Shown here: piece by piece, positions 9,071 through 18,128 of the stretch
How positions within the stretch are numbered: the stretch's first letter is position 1
Layout of the letters: each line of letters starts with the position of its first letter
Source of the DNA: Candidatus Aenigmatarchaeota archaeon
GTDB lineage: Archaea > Aenigmatarchaeota > Aenigmatarchaeia > CG10238-14 > SpSt-28
Direction: 5' to 3'
Length of the DNA stretch: 64,000 bases
NCBI GenBank assembly: GCA_038742305.1
Contig: JAVYKI010000003.1
Span: forward strand, 181-64,180
The notes under the pieces: model-generated
Told to the model about the DNA's origin: nothing
Seen by the model: the letters and a program-made list of their open reading frames with translations, nothing else
Databases searched by the model: none
Position numbers and translations under genes: made by a program

Positions 9071-10297
9071 TTATTTTTTGAATGTCTTATAACTTATTTT
9101 TAAAGCTTCTAATCCAGGCATTGGTTTTCCTGCAAGAAAATTTAAAAGAGCCCCTCCCCCAATACTTATATGATTAAAGTTTTTAGGTATTCCTAATTTT
9201 TCTATAGCAACGCTAGTATCTCCACCTCCCACAAGACTATATAAATCGATCTTAGCAATAAATTCTAATAATTCTTTAGTACCTTTTTCAAAACCGCTTT
9301 TTTCAAACATTCCCATAGGACCTTTAATTATTACGCTTCTAGATTCTTTCAAAATTCTTTTATATTCTTCTATAGTTTTTGACCCTATATCAAGTATTAA
9401 AGCATCTTTAGGAATTTTTTCTATTTCAACTTCTTTTCTTTTTCCGTTTTCTTCTATTGCAACATCCATTGGAATAACAATCTCTTTATAGAAACTTGAC
9501 AATAATTCTTTTGCTTTATCTAAAAGCTTTATTAAACCTTTTTTCTCTAATATTTCTTTACTTTTGCTACCTATTTCATATCCTTTAGCTAAAAGAAATA
9601 AATTAGCAAGTAAGCCTCCAGAAAGCACTTTTTCAATGCTTTCTGGCCTGTTTTTTAGCATATGTTCTAGTATAGGTATAACATCATCTATTTTTGCCCC
9701 TCCAATTAACCAAGTGTTTATTCCTAAAGGTTTTAAAGCATTTTTTATACTTTCTATTTCTTTTTCTAATACTCTTCCAGCAATCATTGGCCTAACTTTT
9801 GCAAAACCAACAATGCTCGCATGGCTTCTATGGGAAACAGAAAAAGCATCAAGAATATAATAATCTATATAATTCTTAAGGAATTGGACTATTTTTGAAT
9901 TTGAATGCTCTTCAAAACTTTTTTCAACATCTTCATCTTCTAAAAACCTTACATTATCTAAAAGCAATGCTTCTCCAAATTTTAATTCTTCAATAGCTTT
10001 TTTTGCATTATTGCCAATAACTTCATTTACAAATTTAATTTTGTAACCAACTTCTTTTTCAAGAATTTCTGCATGCTGCTCTAAAGAAATAAAATCTGGT
10101 TCTCCTTTTCTGCTTTGATGAGCCAATATTATAACTTTTGCTCCTATTTCTATAAGCTCTCTTATACTTTTTGCATGTTTTTCAAATCTTTCATTTTTTT
10201 CGACCTTACCATTTATTACATCAGAATTTAAATCAACTCTTATTGTAACAGTTTTATTTTTTAACTCAAAATCATCTATTACAAAAAATTCCTTCAT
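9071..10297 (-). CDS. pgk: phosphoglycerate kinase
   Basis: PGK length (408 aa). N-terminal VDLNSDV... and C-terminal SLVGGGDTSVAIEKLG motifs. Confidence 0.9.
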   Translation of the reverse strand: MKEFFVIDDFELKNKTVTIRVDLNSDVINGKVEKNERFEKHAKSIRELIEIGAKVIILAHQSRKGEPDFISLEQHAEILEKEVGYKIKFVNEVIGNNAKKAIEELKFGEALLLDNVRFLEDEDVEKSFEEHSNSKIVQFLKNYIDYYILDAFSVSHRSHASIVGFAKVRPMIAGRVLEKEIESIKNALKPLGINTWLIGGAKIDDVIPILEHMLKNRPESIEKVLSGGLLANLFLLAKGYEIGSKSKEILEKKGLIKLLDKAKELLSSFYKEIVIPMDVAIEENGKRKEVEIEKIPKDALILDIGSKTIEEYKRILKESRSVIIKGPMGMFEKSGFEKGTKELLEFIAKIDLYSLVGGGDTSVAIEKLGIPKNFNHISIGGGALLNFLAGKPMPGLEALKISYKTFKK

Positions 10298-10914
10298 AAT
10301 TTTTCATAAATTTTTTCTAGTATTTCTTTAGGAATTTTGCATGCCAATAAAATTCCGTTTCCATCTATATAAGGAACGAAAACAATTTTATCTCTAAATT
10401 TGTAAATACTATTAATTAATTTTCTTGGAGTCGGAGTTAAAAATTCCTTATCTTTAGCGCCTTCAAATATTTTTATATAAAAAGATATAACAACATAACC
10501 ATTTTGCTTTAGAGCTTTAATTGAAGATTGTAGGAAACTTTTTAAAACGAAAGGTTTCCAATTAATTACATTAAATGCACATAAAGCATCTATATAGTTT
10601 TCTTCTAGATACTTAGAAATATTGTAGCCATAGTCGTTAATAACTTTTATGTTTACATAATTTTCAAATTCTTTAATAAGTTCTTTGTATCTTGAACTAT
10701 CTGGTTCAAAAATTATTATGTTAAAATGTTTTTCTAAAATATTTTTAATATGTTTCTCCTCTTCTTTGCTAGGTCCAATTACAACTACAGTTTTAGTTTC
10801 ATATAGTTCTTTTTCTAAATTTCTATAAAATATATCGTAGACGAATTTTCTTAAAAGGATTTGAGTTTTGTTTAAACCTTTCCATGCTCCTTTTCTTGCA
10901 TAAGGCAAACTCAT
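10294..10914 (-). CDS. hypothetical protein, possibly a degenerate Rossmann-fold (methyltransferase-like) protein
   Basis: 206 aa, sits between pgk and nnrD with a 4-nt overlap to pgk. Weak motif I-like VVVIGPS and an acidic beta-2 end IIIFEPD. No confident family assignment. Confidence 0.45.
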   Translation of the reverse strand: MSLPYARKGAWKGLNKTQILLRKFVYDIFYRNLEKELYETKTVVVIGPSKEEEKHIKNILEKHFNIIIFEPDSSRYKELIKEFENYVNIKVINDYGYNISKYLEENYIDALCAFNVINWKPFVLKSFLQSSIKALKQNGYVVISFYIKIFEGAKDKEFLTPTPRKLINSIYKFRDKIVFVPYIDGNGILLACKIPKEILEKIYEKL

Positions 10915-10978
10915 AAATATTTAAAAACTTTAATCCATAATTCTGGACTAAATATATCACTTGCTAATATACTTTCTT

Positions 10979-11749
10979 TTAATTTTTTTCTAAAATACTT
11001 CCAAGCAAACCATTTAAATAAGCAGCAGCACAAGCAGCTTTAAAAGGCTCGATTTTTCTAGCTAAATATGCCCCAAGAATTCCTGATAAAGTATCTCCAA
11101 AACCTCCTTTTGTCATGTATTCGCTTCCAGTTTTATTTATTGCAACTTTTTCTCCATTACTTATTACATCAACATGACCTTTCAATAATATTGTACAATC
11201 AAGTTCTTTTGCAACATCTTTTACAGCTGTAATTCTTTTATTAACATCTTTTTCAACTTTTATTCCGCTCAAAACATAAAATTCATAAGAATGTGGGGTA
11301 ATTACAAAATTTTGATTTAGTTTATTTTGTATTGCATAAATTGCATCAGCATCTATTACACAAAAATTTTTACACTTTTTAATAAAGCTTCTAATATTTT
11401 TTAAAACTTTATTTTCTCTTGTCATTCCATTTCCAATAGTAAAAGCAGTTAAATCTTTCGAATTTTTTAAAACAAAATTTAAAGCTTTTTTATCGAAAAA
11501 ATCGCCTTTGTAAGGGAAAACAATTAAATCAGGTAAAAAGCTTCTTATTACGTTTGCAATACATTCTGGAGCAAATATTCTAACTAAATCGCAACCAACC
11601 CTTAAAGCAGAAGTAGCAACAAAAACCGGACTACCAGAATAAAAATAACTTCCAGCAATAATTCCAAGCTTTCCATACATTCCTTTATGACTCCAAACAT
11701 CTCTTTTTTTATAAATTTCTTTTAAAATTTTTGGAGAAACAATATTCAT
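10979..11749 (-). CDS. nnrD: ADP-dependent NAD(P)H-hydrate dehydratase (YjeF C-terminal / Nnr2 family)
   Basis: ITPHSYEF, KGHVDVISNG and TGSEYMTKGGFGDTLSGILG match the YjeF-C kinase-like fold. Start moved to Met30 to avoid overlap with gap. Confidence 0.8.
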   Translation of the reverse strand: MNIVSPKILKEIYKKRDVWSHKGMYGKLGIIAGSYFYSGSPVFVATSALRVGCDLVRIFAPECIANVIRSFLPDLIVFPYKGDFFDKKALNFVLKNSKDLTAFTIGNGMTRENKVLKNIRSFIKKCKNFCVIDADAIYAIQNKLNQNFVITPHSYEFYVLSGIKVEKDVNKRITAVKDVAKELDCTILLKGHVDVISNGEKVAINKTGSEYMTKGGFGDTLSGILGAYLARKIEPFKAACAAAYLNGLLGSILEKN

Positions 11750-11773
11750 AATATTAAATAAAGAATTACTATT

Positions 11774-12817
11774 ATGCATGCAAAACCAAAAGTTGTTGTA
11801 AACGGAATAGGAACTATAGGAAAAAGAGTTGCTCATGCCTTAAAGCTACAAGATGATATAGAGCTAGTAGCAATTTCTACAAAATCTCCAAACTATATTT
11901 TAAAAACACTTTTAGAACCGAAAGGACCACTTTATGGTACTGATTTATATGCTAGCGATAAAGATGCTTTAGAAGCTATGAGGAAAGAAGGAATGTTGGT
12001 TAACGGAACTTTAGAAGATTTATTAAAAAATGGAGCAGTAGATGTTGTAATAGATTGTACTCCAGAAGGAGTTGGAGCACTAAATAAGAAAAACCTTTAC
12101 GAAAAATATGGAGTAAAAGCAATATTTCAAGGCGGAGAAAAAGCAGAAGTTGCTGAAGTTACGTTTAATTCTGTTTACAATTATGAAGAAGCTATTGAAA
12201 AGCAATATGTAAGAGTTCCAAGCTGTAATACTACGAGCCTAATAAGAACTTTGAGCGCAATAGATTGGAAAATTGGAATTGAATATGCTTTTGTTGCATT
12301 AGCAAGAAGAGCTGTTGATCCGCATGAATATACTAAAGGACCAATTAATGCTGTAGAATTTGATAAGCATGTACCTTCTCATCATTCGATAGATGTAAAA
12401 ACTGTAATGAAAAATTTAAACATTTTTAGTTTAGCTGTTAAAGTTCCGACAACATTAGCACATACTCATATGATAGATATAGTAGCTAAAAGAGAAACTA
12501 GCTTAGAAGAAGTTTTAGAAGCCTTTAACAATCAAACAAGAGTAATAATGCTAGATGCAAAAGAATATCCATCAACAAGCACAATAATAGAAAAGTTTAG
12601 AGATTACTGTAGGCCAAGATATGATATGTATGAAGTAGTTGTTTTAAGAGATTTAATTAATGTAGATAAAAATAGAATAAGGTATATGCAAGTTGTTCAT
12701 CAAGAAGCAGTTGTTATTCCAGAAAATGTAGATGCAGTAAGAGCAATTACTGGAATAGAAAAAGATAAGTGGAAAAGCATAAAGAAAACAAACGAATCTC
12801 TAGGAATTATTAAATAA
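11774..12817 (+). CDS. gap: glyceraldehyde-3-phosphate dehydrogenase, archaeal type II
   Basis: NGIGTIGKRVA NAD-binding motif and the catalytic SCNTT motif of archaeal GAPDH. Confidence 0.9.
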   Translation: MHAKPKVVVNGIGTIGKRVAHALKLQDDIELVAISTKSPNYILKTLLEPKGPLYGTDLYASDKDALEAMRKEGMLVNGTLEDLLKNGAVDVVIDCTPEGVGALNKKNLYEKYGVKAIFQGGEKAEVAEVTFNSVYNYEEAIEKQYVRVPSCNTTSLIRTLSAIDWKIGIEYAFVALARRAVDPHEYTKGPINAVEFDKHVPSHHSIDVKTVMKNLNIFSLAVKVPTTLAHTHMIDIVAKRETSLEEVLEAFNNQTRVIMLDAKEYPSTSTIIEKFRDYCRPRYDMYEVVVLRDLINVDKNRIRYMQVVHQEAVVIPENVDAVRAITGIEKDKWKSIKKTNESLGIIK

Positions 12818-12821
12818 ATTA

Positions 12822-13181
12822 ATGAAGGGCACTTATGTTTTAATTTTGAAATGTTTAAAGAATTGTAGAATAAAAATTGGAAAGATCGGTACTATAGAAT
12901 TTAAAAAAGGCTATTATTTTTATGTTGGTTCTGCTTTTAATAGTTTAGAAAAAAGAATTGAAAGACATTTAAAAAGAAAGAAAAAGAAAAAATGGCACAT
13001 CGATTATTTAACTACTAATAAAAATTTTAAAGTAATAGATGTAATTTGGATAAGAAAAAGAGTTGAATCAAAACTTTCTAAAGAATTTGAAAAACATTTT
13101 GAATATATTAAAAATTTTGGAAGCAGCGATACAAAAGATAAATCTCACTTATTTTATTACAATGGCAGGTTTTCCAGGTAA
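12822..13181 (+). CDS. GIY-YIG-like endonuclease, DUF123/COG1833 family
   Basis: GTYVLIL...GYYFYVGSA...LEKRIERH...KWHIDYL matches the DUF123 (Uri-superfamily) pattern. Confidence 0.6.
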   Translation: MKGTYVLILKCLKNCRIKIGKIGTIEFKKGYYFYVGSAFNSLEKRIERHLKRKKKKKWHIDYLTTNKNFKVIDVIWIRKRVESKLSKEFEKHFEYIKNFGSSDTKDKSHLFYYNGRFSR

Positions 13182-15905
13182 GCTTCTAATAGCTTTTTCC
13201 TCTCTTGATTCCTCTTCTCTTTCAATAATTACTTTTGCTTTAAAAATTTTTTCAAAAAAATCTTTATTTTCTTTTAATATTTCTTCTTCGTTTTCAGTGA
13301 AATAATTAAGAACTTCTGCACTCGTTTTTCTTTTTAAAAACTTAGATAATTCTTTTTCCTTTTCTAAAAAACTTAAGTTAGAATTTATTAATTTTTTAAA
13401 AAATTCTTGCTTTTCTTTAGATGCAACAATTATTTTTATTTCTTTTGTTTCTTCTTTTTTAACAAGTTTTATTACTTCTCTTAAATCTTCTAAAACTCTT
13501 TTAATATATTCTTCACTTTTAATTACTTTTTCATCTATTTCTTCAACTTTTGGCCATTCAATTTTTTCTCCAATAATTTCAAAAATTTCAGAAACTAAGT
13601 GAGGGATAATAGGATAAACTATTATGCTTCTTATTTTTATGTATTCATTAATAGTTTTTCTAGAAATTTCGTTTGTTCTTTGTTTATACCAATTAAAGTA
13701 ATTTTCTAATTCAAACCACTTATTTATTACATTTCTATAATCTAAAATTTCGTAATAATTTTCAACTTCTTTTACAACTTTTTTCAATACATTTTCAAAC
13801 CATTTATCTATATATTTTTCGCTTTCTATTCCTTTATTATAATTTTCTTTAACAAAATTTAGCCATTCTATTAGCATTTCTTCAATTTTATTAATTTTTG
13901 AATATTCAATGTTTATATCATCTATTCCAGAAAAACTATTCAATGCAAGCAAAAACCTTAAGGCATCTGAAGAATTTTTTTCTAAGGCAAAAAGAATTGG
14001 AATAAAGTTTCCTTTACTTTTGCTCATTTTTTCTCCATTAATTAACACATGCCCATTAATTGCAATTCCTTTTGGCCAATATTTTTTTGGGAAAATTGCA
14101 ACATGGTGAAAAATCATAAAAGCTAAATGATTAGGAATTAAATCTTTTCCGCTAACTCTTAAATCTAAAGGATACCAAAATTCAAACTCTCTTTTTATTT
14201 CTTCTAGTAAACTTTTTTCAATTTTCAATTTTTTAGAAATTTCTTCAGCGTTTCCTTTATCTAAAAATATAAAGTCAAAAAACTCTTTTGTTAATTTTTC
14301 TGGCTCTATTTTTCTTATTAAATGTGCAATTGTATAAAAAGCCATATAAATTGTTGAATCTGATAAGCTTTCAATAAGCCATTCTTTTTCCCAAGGCAAA
14401 GGAGTCCCTAAAATATCTTTATGAGTAAAAGCCCAATCTCTTAACCAATCTATTACTCTATGAAACTCTTGCTTTAAGTTTTCAGGATAAAAATTCATTT
14501 GTTCTACACATTCATGAGCAAGCTTTTTCCAATTAGTATCGCTATAATTTAAAAACCATTGCTCAATTTTTTTAACTATAACTTTATTATTATACCTAGA
14601 AACAAACCTTAAAGGCAAAGTTAAATATTCTATTGCAATATTTTTTTCAATTAATTCTTTTGCAAAACTTTCTTTTATTTCAAAAATTCTTTTATTTGAA
14701 AACTTTCCAAAAAATTCTCTAGTAATTGCATTATAATATTCTTTTGAATAAATTTCTTCTGTAGCTTTTTCCAATTTTTCTTTATCTTTTTGAGAAGAAA
14801 TTTTCATTTTTTCAACAATATACTTAGCTGGAAAATCTGTATAATTTTCTAATTTAAACAAGGATTTCATATTTTTCAAACATTTTTCAGCAAAATCTTT
14901 ATATTCAGTTTTTAGCAAATCAACTAAAGCAATATAGTCATAAGGAGCATGAGCAGGAACACTCATTACAATTCCAGTACCAATTTCTACATCAACAAAT
15001 TCTGCAGGTAATATAGGAACAAATTCATTAGTTACTAAGTTTTTAACTTCTTTTAATAATAACTCTTTCGAGCTAATTTTTTCCAAAACTTCTACTTTAA
15101 AATCTTGACCTTTTAACTCTTCTATTACAATGCTATTAGGCAAGATCCAATACTCTTCATTTACTTTACAAATTAAATATTCGAAATTTGGATTTATCCA
15201 TATGTTTGTTGTTCCTAAAACAGTTTCTGGCCTTAAAGTAAAGCAAGGAAAATATACTTTTTTATTTTTTATTTCTCCTTCAAATTTTATTATATAACCT
15301 TCAATATAACTTATTCCAACATATTCATCAGGTCTATCATGGTCTCCAATAACTTTATTAACTATAGGGTCATAAACAACAGGATGCTTTCCTTTGCTTA
15401 TATAACCTTTTTCTTTTAAAGTTAAATATTGCCACTCAATAAATTTATTGTAATGAGCATCCAATTCTGTAGTTGTAAAAGCTCTTCTCCAATCAATAGC
15501 GCAACCAAGTTTTTTAAAAGCTTCTTTTGCTTTAGGTAAAAAGTATTCAATCCAATAAATAGGTTTTTTAAATTTTTCTATTTCTTCTTCTTTTACCCCT
15601 TGCATCAATAAATCCTTTTTTATTTTTTCGTCGTTTTGTTTTAATCTATAAGCTGCAGCTACTATTGGAGAGCCAGTTAAGTGGAAAGCTTGAGGAAAAA
15701 GGACATTATAACCTTTTAATTTTTTATATCTAGCAATAAATTCTGCCCTAGAAATTGTAAGAGCATGGCCTAGATGCAATAAACCATTAACATAAGGATA
15801 AGGGAATGTAACAAAAAATTTTTTTCCGTTTGGTTTTGAATAAAATTCATTCCTTTCTTCCCAAATTTTTTGCCATTTTTCTTCTATTTGCTTTAAAATA
15901 CTCAT
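13149..15905 (-). CDS. leuS: leucyl-tRNA synthetase (archaeal type)
   Basis: HIGH-type motif PYVNGLLHLGH, KMSKS motif, CP1 editing region; 918 aa. Confidence 0.95.
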   Translation of the reverse strand: MSILKQIEEKWQKIWEERNEFYSKPNGKKFFVTFPYPYVNGLLHLGHALTISRAEFIARYKKLKGYNVLFPQAFHLTGSPIVAAAYRLKQNDEKIKKDLLMQGVKEEEIEKFKKPIYWIEYFLPKAKEAFKKLGCAIDWRRAFTTTELDAHYNKFIEWQYLTLKEKGYISKGKHPVVYDPIVNKVIGDHDRPDEYVGISYIEGYIIKFEGEIKNKKVYFPCFTLRPETVLGTTNIWINPNFEYLICKVNEEYWILPNSIVIEELKGQDFKVEVLEKISSKELLLKEVKNLVTNEFVPILPAEFVDVEIGTGIVMSVPAHAPYDYIALVDLLKTEYKDFAEKCLKNMKSLFKLENYTDFPAKYIVEKMKISSQKDKEKLEKATEEIYSKEYYNAITREFFGKFSNKRIFEIKESFAKELIEKNIAIEYLTLPLRFVSRYNNKVIVKKIEQWFLNYSDTNWKKLAHECVEQMNFYPENLKQEFHRVIDWLRDWAFTHKDILGTPLPWEKEWLIESLSDSTIYMAFYTIAHLIRKIEPEKLTKEFFDFIFLDKGNAEEISKKLKIEKSLLEEIKREFEFWYPLDLRVSGKDLIPNHLAFMIFHHVAIFPKKYWPKGIAINGHVLINGEKMSKSKGNFIPILFALEKNSSDALRFLLALNSFSGIDDINIEYSKINKIEEMLIEWLNFVKENYNKGIESEKYIDKWFENVLKKVVKEVENYYEILDYRNVINKWFELENYFNWYKQRTNEISRKTINEYIKIRSIIVYPIIPHLVSEIFEIIGEKIEWPKVEEIDEKVIKSEEYIKRVLEDLREVIKLVKKEETKEIKIIVASKEKQEFFKKLINSNLSFLEKEKELSKFLKRKTSAEVLNYFTENEEEILKENKDFFEKIFKAKVIIEREEESREEKAIRSLPGKPAIVIK

Positions 15906-15931
15906 AAAATATAATAATTATTTTTTCTATT

Positions 15932-16013
15932 TGCGGGGGGTGGGATTTGAACCCACGAAGCTCTGCGCAGCTGGCCCTGAACCAGCCCCCTTTGTCCACT
16001 CGGGCACCCCCGC
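15932..16013 (-). tRNA. tRNA-Leu(CAG)
   Basis: Reverse complement reads GCGGGGGUGCCCGAGUGGACAAAGGGG-GCUGG-UUCAGGG-CCAGC-long variable arm-GUGGGUUCAAAUCCCAC-CCCCCGC-A. The overlapping six-frame ORF 15931..16305 is spurious. Confidence 0.8.
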
Positions 16014-16020
16014 TAAAATA

Positions 16021-16437
16021 TTAAACAAGTTTTTGCAAAATTTCAATAAGCTCTTTCAGCTTACTTTTTTTAATTGCAACAGAACCAATACTTCTGTATT
16101 TAGTTTTGTCTCTAACCAAAAAATCTTTTTTTGTTTGATTAATTCTTATAAATTCTTCTTGGTCAGAATAAATAGGTTTAAAAACATCTATCCAAAGAAT
16201 GTTATCATTTCCTTGGTCTATTTTTGCAATAAATTGAGACTCTCCAGTATAATAAAAAATTTTTGCAGGCCCTCTTTCTTCAAAATCAACTTTTTTCTCT
16301 ATTAACAATCTTTCAAGTATTTTTGTAACAGTATGTCTATTTAAATCTAGAATGTTTGCAATTTCAGTAATAGTTAAGCCTCTAGGGCTTTTCTTTATTA
16401 GTTCCAAAACCCTTTTTACATTACTTTTTTCTTCCAT
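16021..16437 (-). CDS. winged-helix transcriptional regulator (hypothetical)
   Basis: N-terminal wHTH RVLELIKKSPRGLTITEIANILDLNRHTVTKILERL. Divergent from the 16524 gene. Confidence 0.55.
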   Translation of the reverse strand: MEEKSNVKRVLELIKKSPRGLTITEIANILDLNRHTVTKILERLLIEKKVDFEERGPAKIFYYTGESQFIAKIDQGNDNILWIDVFKPIYSDQEEFIRINQTKKDFLVRDKTKYRSIGSVAIKKSKLKELIEILQKLV

Positions 16438-16467
16438 AATTTAATTAAGTTTAATAAATAATAAATT

Positions 16468-16518
16468 TTGTCTATACAATTAAGTATAGAAATCTTTATA
16501 TACCCTATTGTCTATACA
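16468..16518. promoter_or_regulatory. candidate operator: direct repeat TTGTCTATACA x2, with a perfect 7-bp inverted repeat TCTATAC-n6-GTATAGA
   Basis: Seen directly in the divergent intergenic region between the wHTH gene and the 16524 gene: tctatacaattaagtataga at 16471-16490, and the second copy at 16508-16518. Confidence 0.35.
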
Positions 16519-16523
16519 TTAAT

Positions 16524-17216
16524 ATGGCAACAAAAATATCTATACTATATTTTAGAACGGCTAGAACTGCTGAAGAAATAGAAAAAGAGCTAAATAAAGT
16601 ATCTGCAGAAGACTATTGGATAATAGCAAAAAGAAACAACAATCAAATAAAAATAATTTTCAATTTTTCTGTAGAGCTTGAAAAACTTTTGAGAAGAGTT
16701 TTAGAAATAAATGAAATAGAAAACTTTTTTGATGGAAAATCAAAACAAAAAGTTAAAAGAAATATAAAAGCAATAATGGATTTTTCAAAAAACTTATTAA
16801 TAATATTTAGAGGTCAAGATGTTTTTACAAAACTATTTTTAGATGTTCTAGAAAAAGAATTGAGAATAAAATTCTTACCTTATTATATTTCAAGCAAATC
16901 TCTTTACGAAATTATAGAAAAGTATTGCATTTCATTAAATCAAATATACTTTAAGTTTGTTAACGGATTTGTTTTTGAAATGTACAAAGGAAAGTTTTTA
17001 AACTATAGCTTAACTATAAGAGAAAAAATGGAAAAATTTAAAAACAATATAAGAATAATTACAATAATTCCAAAAATTATTTTTGAAAGAAAAAAGTTTA
17101 GCGTAACAATTAATGGAGATAAAGGAAGTTTAAAGTTTTTTGGAAAGCCAAGCTTTAAAGAAATAAACCAAATAATAGAAATGATTTTTAGTATTAACAG
17201 AAATGGAATATCTTGA
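16524..17216 (+). CDS. hypothetical protein (230 aa), upstream overlapping partner of a PIN nuclease
   Basis: Good ORF with no recognisable family. 14-nt overlap with the downstream PIN gene. Confidence 0.5.
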   Translation: MATKISILYFRTARTAEEIEKELNKVSAEDYWIIAKRNNNQIKIIFNFSVELEKLLRRVLEINEIENFFDGKSKQKVKRNIKAIMDFSKNLLIIFRGQDVFTKLFLDVLEKELRIKFLPYYISSKSLYEIIEKYCISLNQIYFKFVNGFVFEMYKGKFLNYSLTIREKMEKFKNNIRIITIIPKIIFERKKFSVTINGDKGSLKFFGKPSFKEINQIIEMIFSINRNGIS

Positions 17217-17535
17217 TACTAACATTTTAATTTCTTATTTTAAGAAAAATAAAGAACCAAAAGGTATTATTTCGACTTTTTCTTTAATAGAATTAGAAAG
17301 ATTGAGAAAAATTGAAAATTTAACTTATAATTTTGAAAAACTAGAAATAATAGAATTAAAAAACATTAAAATAGATTTTTCAAAACTTTTCCATTTTTCT
17401 CAAATAGTTCTTGATAAAAGCTATTTAGCAGATTTTATTCATTTAGAAATTTGCTTGCAAAATAATTTAACTTTTTTAACTAAAGATAAAAAACTCGAAA
17501 AGCTAAAAGGAATTTATAAATTAAAAATTATTTAA
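17203..17535 (+). CDS. PIN-domain (VapC-like) nuclease
   Basis: N-terminal MEYLDTNILISYF is the PIN first strand with the Asp motif; further acidic residues fit a PIN core. 110 aa. Confidence 0.6.
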   Translation: MEYLDTNILISYFKKNKEPKGIISTFSLIELERLRKIENLTYNFEKLEIIELKNIKIDFSKLFHFSQIVLDKSYLADFIHLEICLQNNLTFLTKDKKLEKLKGIYKLKII

Positions 17536-18082
17536 AGCATTGGGATAATCTAATTGCTTTTTCTATTTCTCGCTTTTTCTCATAGATAATATTCTCGCAA
17601 AATTCAGAAGAATTAGTTAATTTCCAATTGTTACATTTTCCTTCGCAGCTATAAATTTCTGTTCCATTCTGAATTATTTTACTAATTTTTCCAAAAGCAT
17701 TTTGTGCAGAAAGCTCTATTTTTTCAATGTTATTTATTAGCTTGCATGTTATGTTTACAAATTGTACCTCTAAATTAAATCCAAAAGGATTAACTTCATA
17801 TAAAGTCTTACTATTAGCTTCTAGAAGTTCTACTTTCAATTTTTCTGGAGAAAGGAAAACAGAAACTTCTCCAGTAGAAATTCTTATTTTATCTTGGCAG
17901 TTATCTTTTGAAATTATAGAAGAAATTTCAGCAGGTTGTTCATAGTACTTATCAGTAACAAGTGGAAATAATCCAGTATAATTTAACTCTTTTAATAAAT
18001 TGTTTTTTATAGAAACATCAAGAACCAAAGGAACAACAACACCAATTATTGCAAGAATTTGAAGTATGTTTTCAAAGTTCAT
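17528..18082 (-). CDS. secreted/membrane-anchored hypothetical protein
   Basis: N-terminal hydrophobic helix (ILQILAIIGVVVPLVL), then a Cys-containing soluble domain. Confidence 0.45.
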   Translation of the reverse strand: MNFENILQILAIIGVVVPLVLDVSIKNNLLKELNYTGLFPLVTDKYYEQPAEISSIISKDNCQDKIRISTGEVSVFLSPEKLKVELLEANSKTLYEVNPFGFNLEVQFVNITCKLINNIEKIELSAQNAFGKISKIIQNGTEIYSCEGKCNNWKLTNSSEFCENIIYEKKREIEKAIRLSQCFK

Positions 18083-18128
18083 AAATTTATGAAAAATAAG
18101 TATTTAAATTAAAGATTTCTACACTAAA

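Noticed and set aside
9564-9860. 98-aa plus-strand ORF inside pgk
   Set aside because: Antisense to the confidently identified PGK gene.
13063-14109. Small plus-strand ORFs (13063-13305, 13909-14109) inside leuS
   Set aside because: Antisense to LeuRS with no domain features.
15931-16305. 124-aa plus-strand ORF overlapping tRNA-Leu(CAG) and the wHTH gene
   Set aside because: Starts inside the tRNA and runs antisense to a better-supported minus-strand regulator. Low-complexity Phe/Asn-rich sequence.
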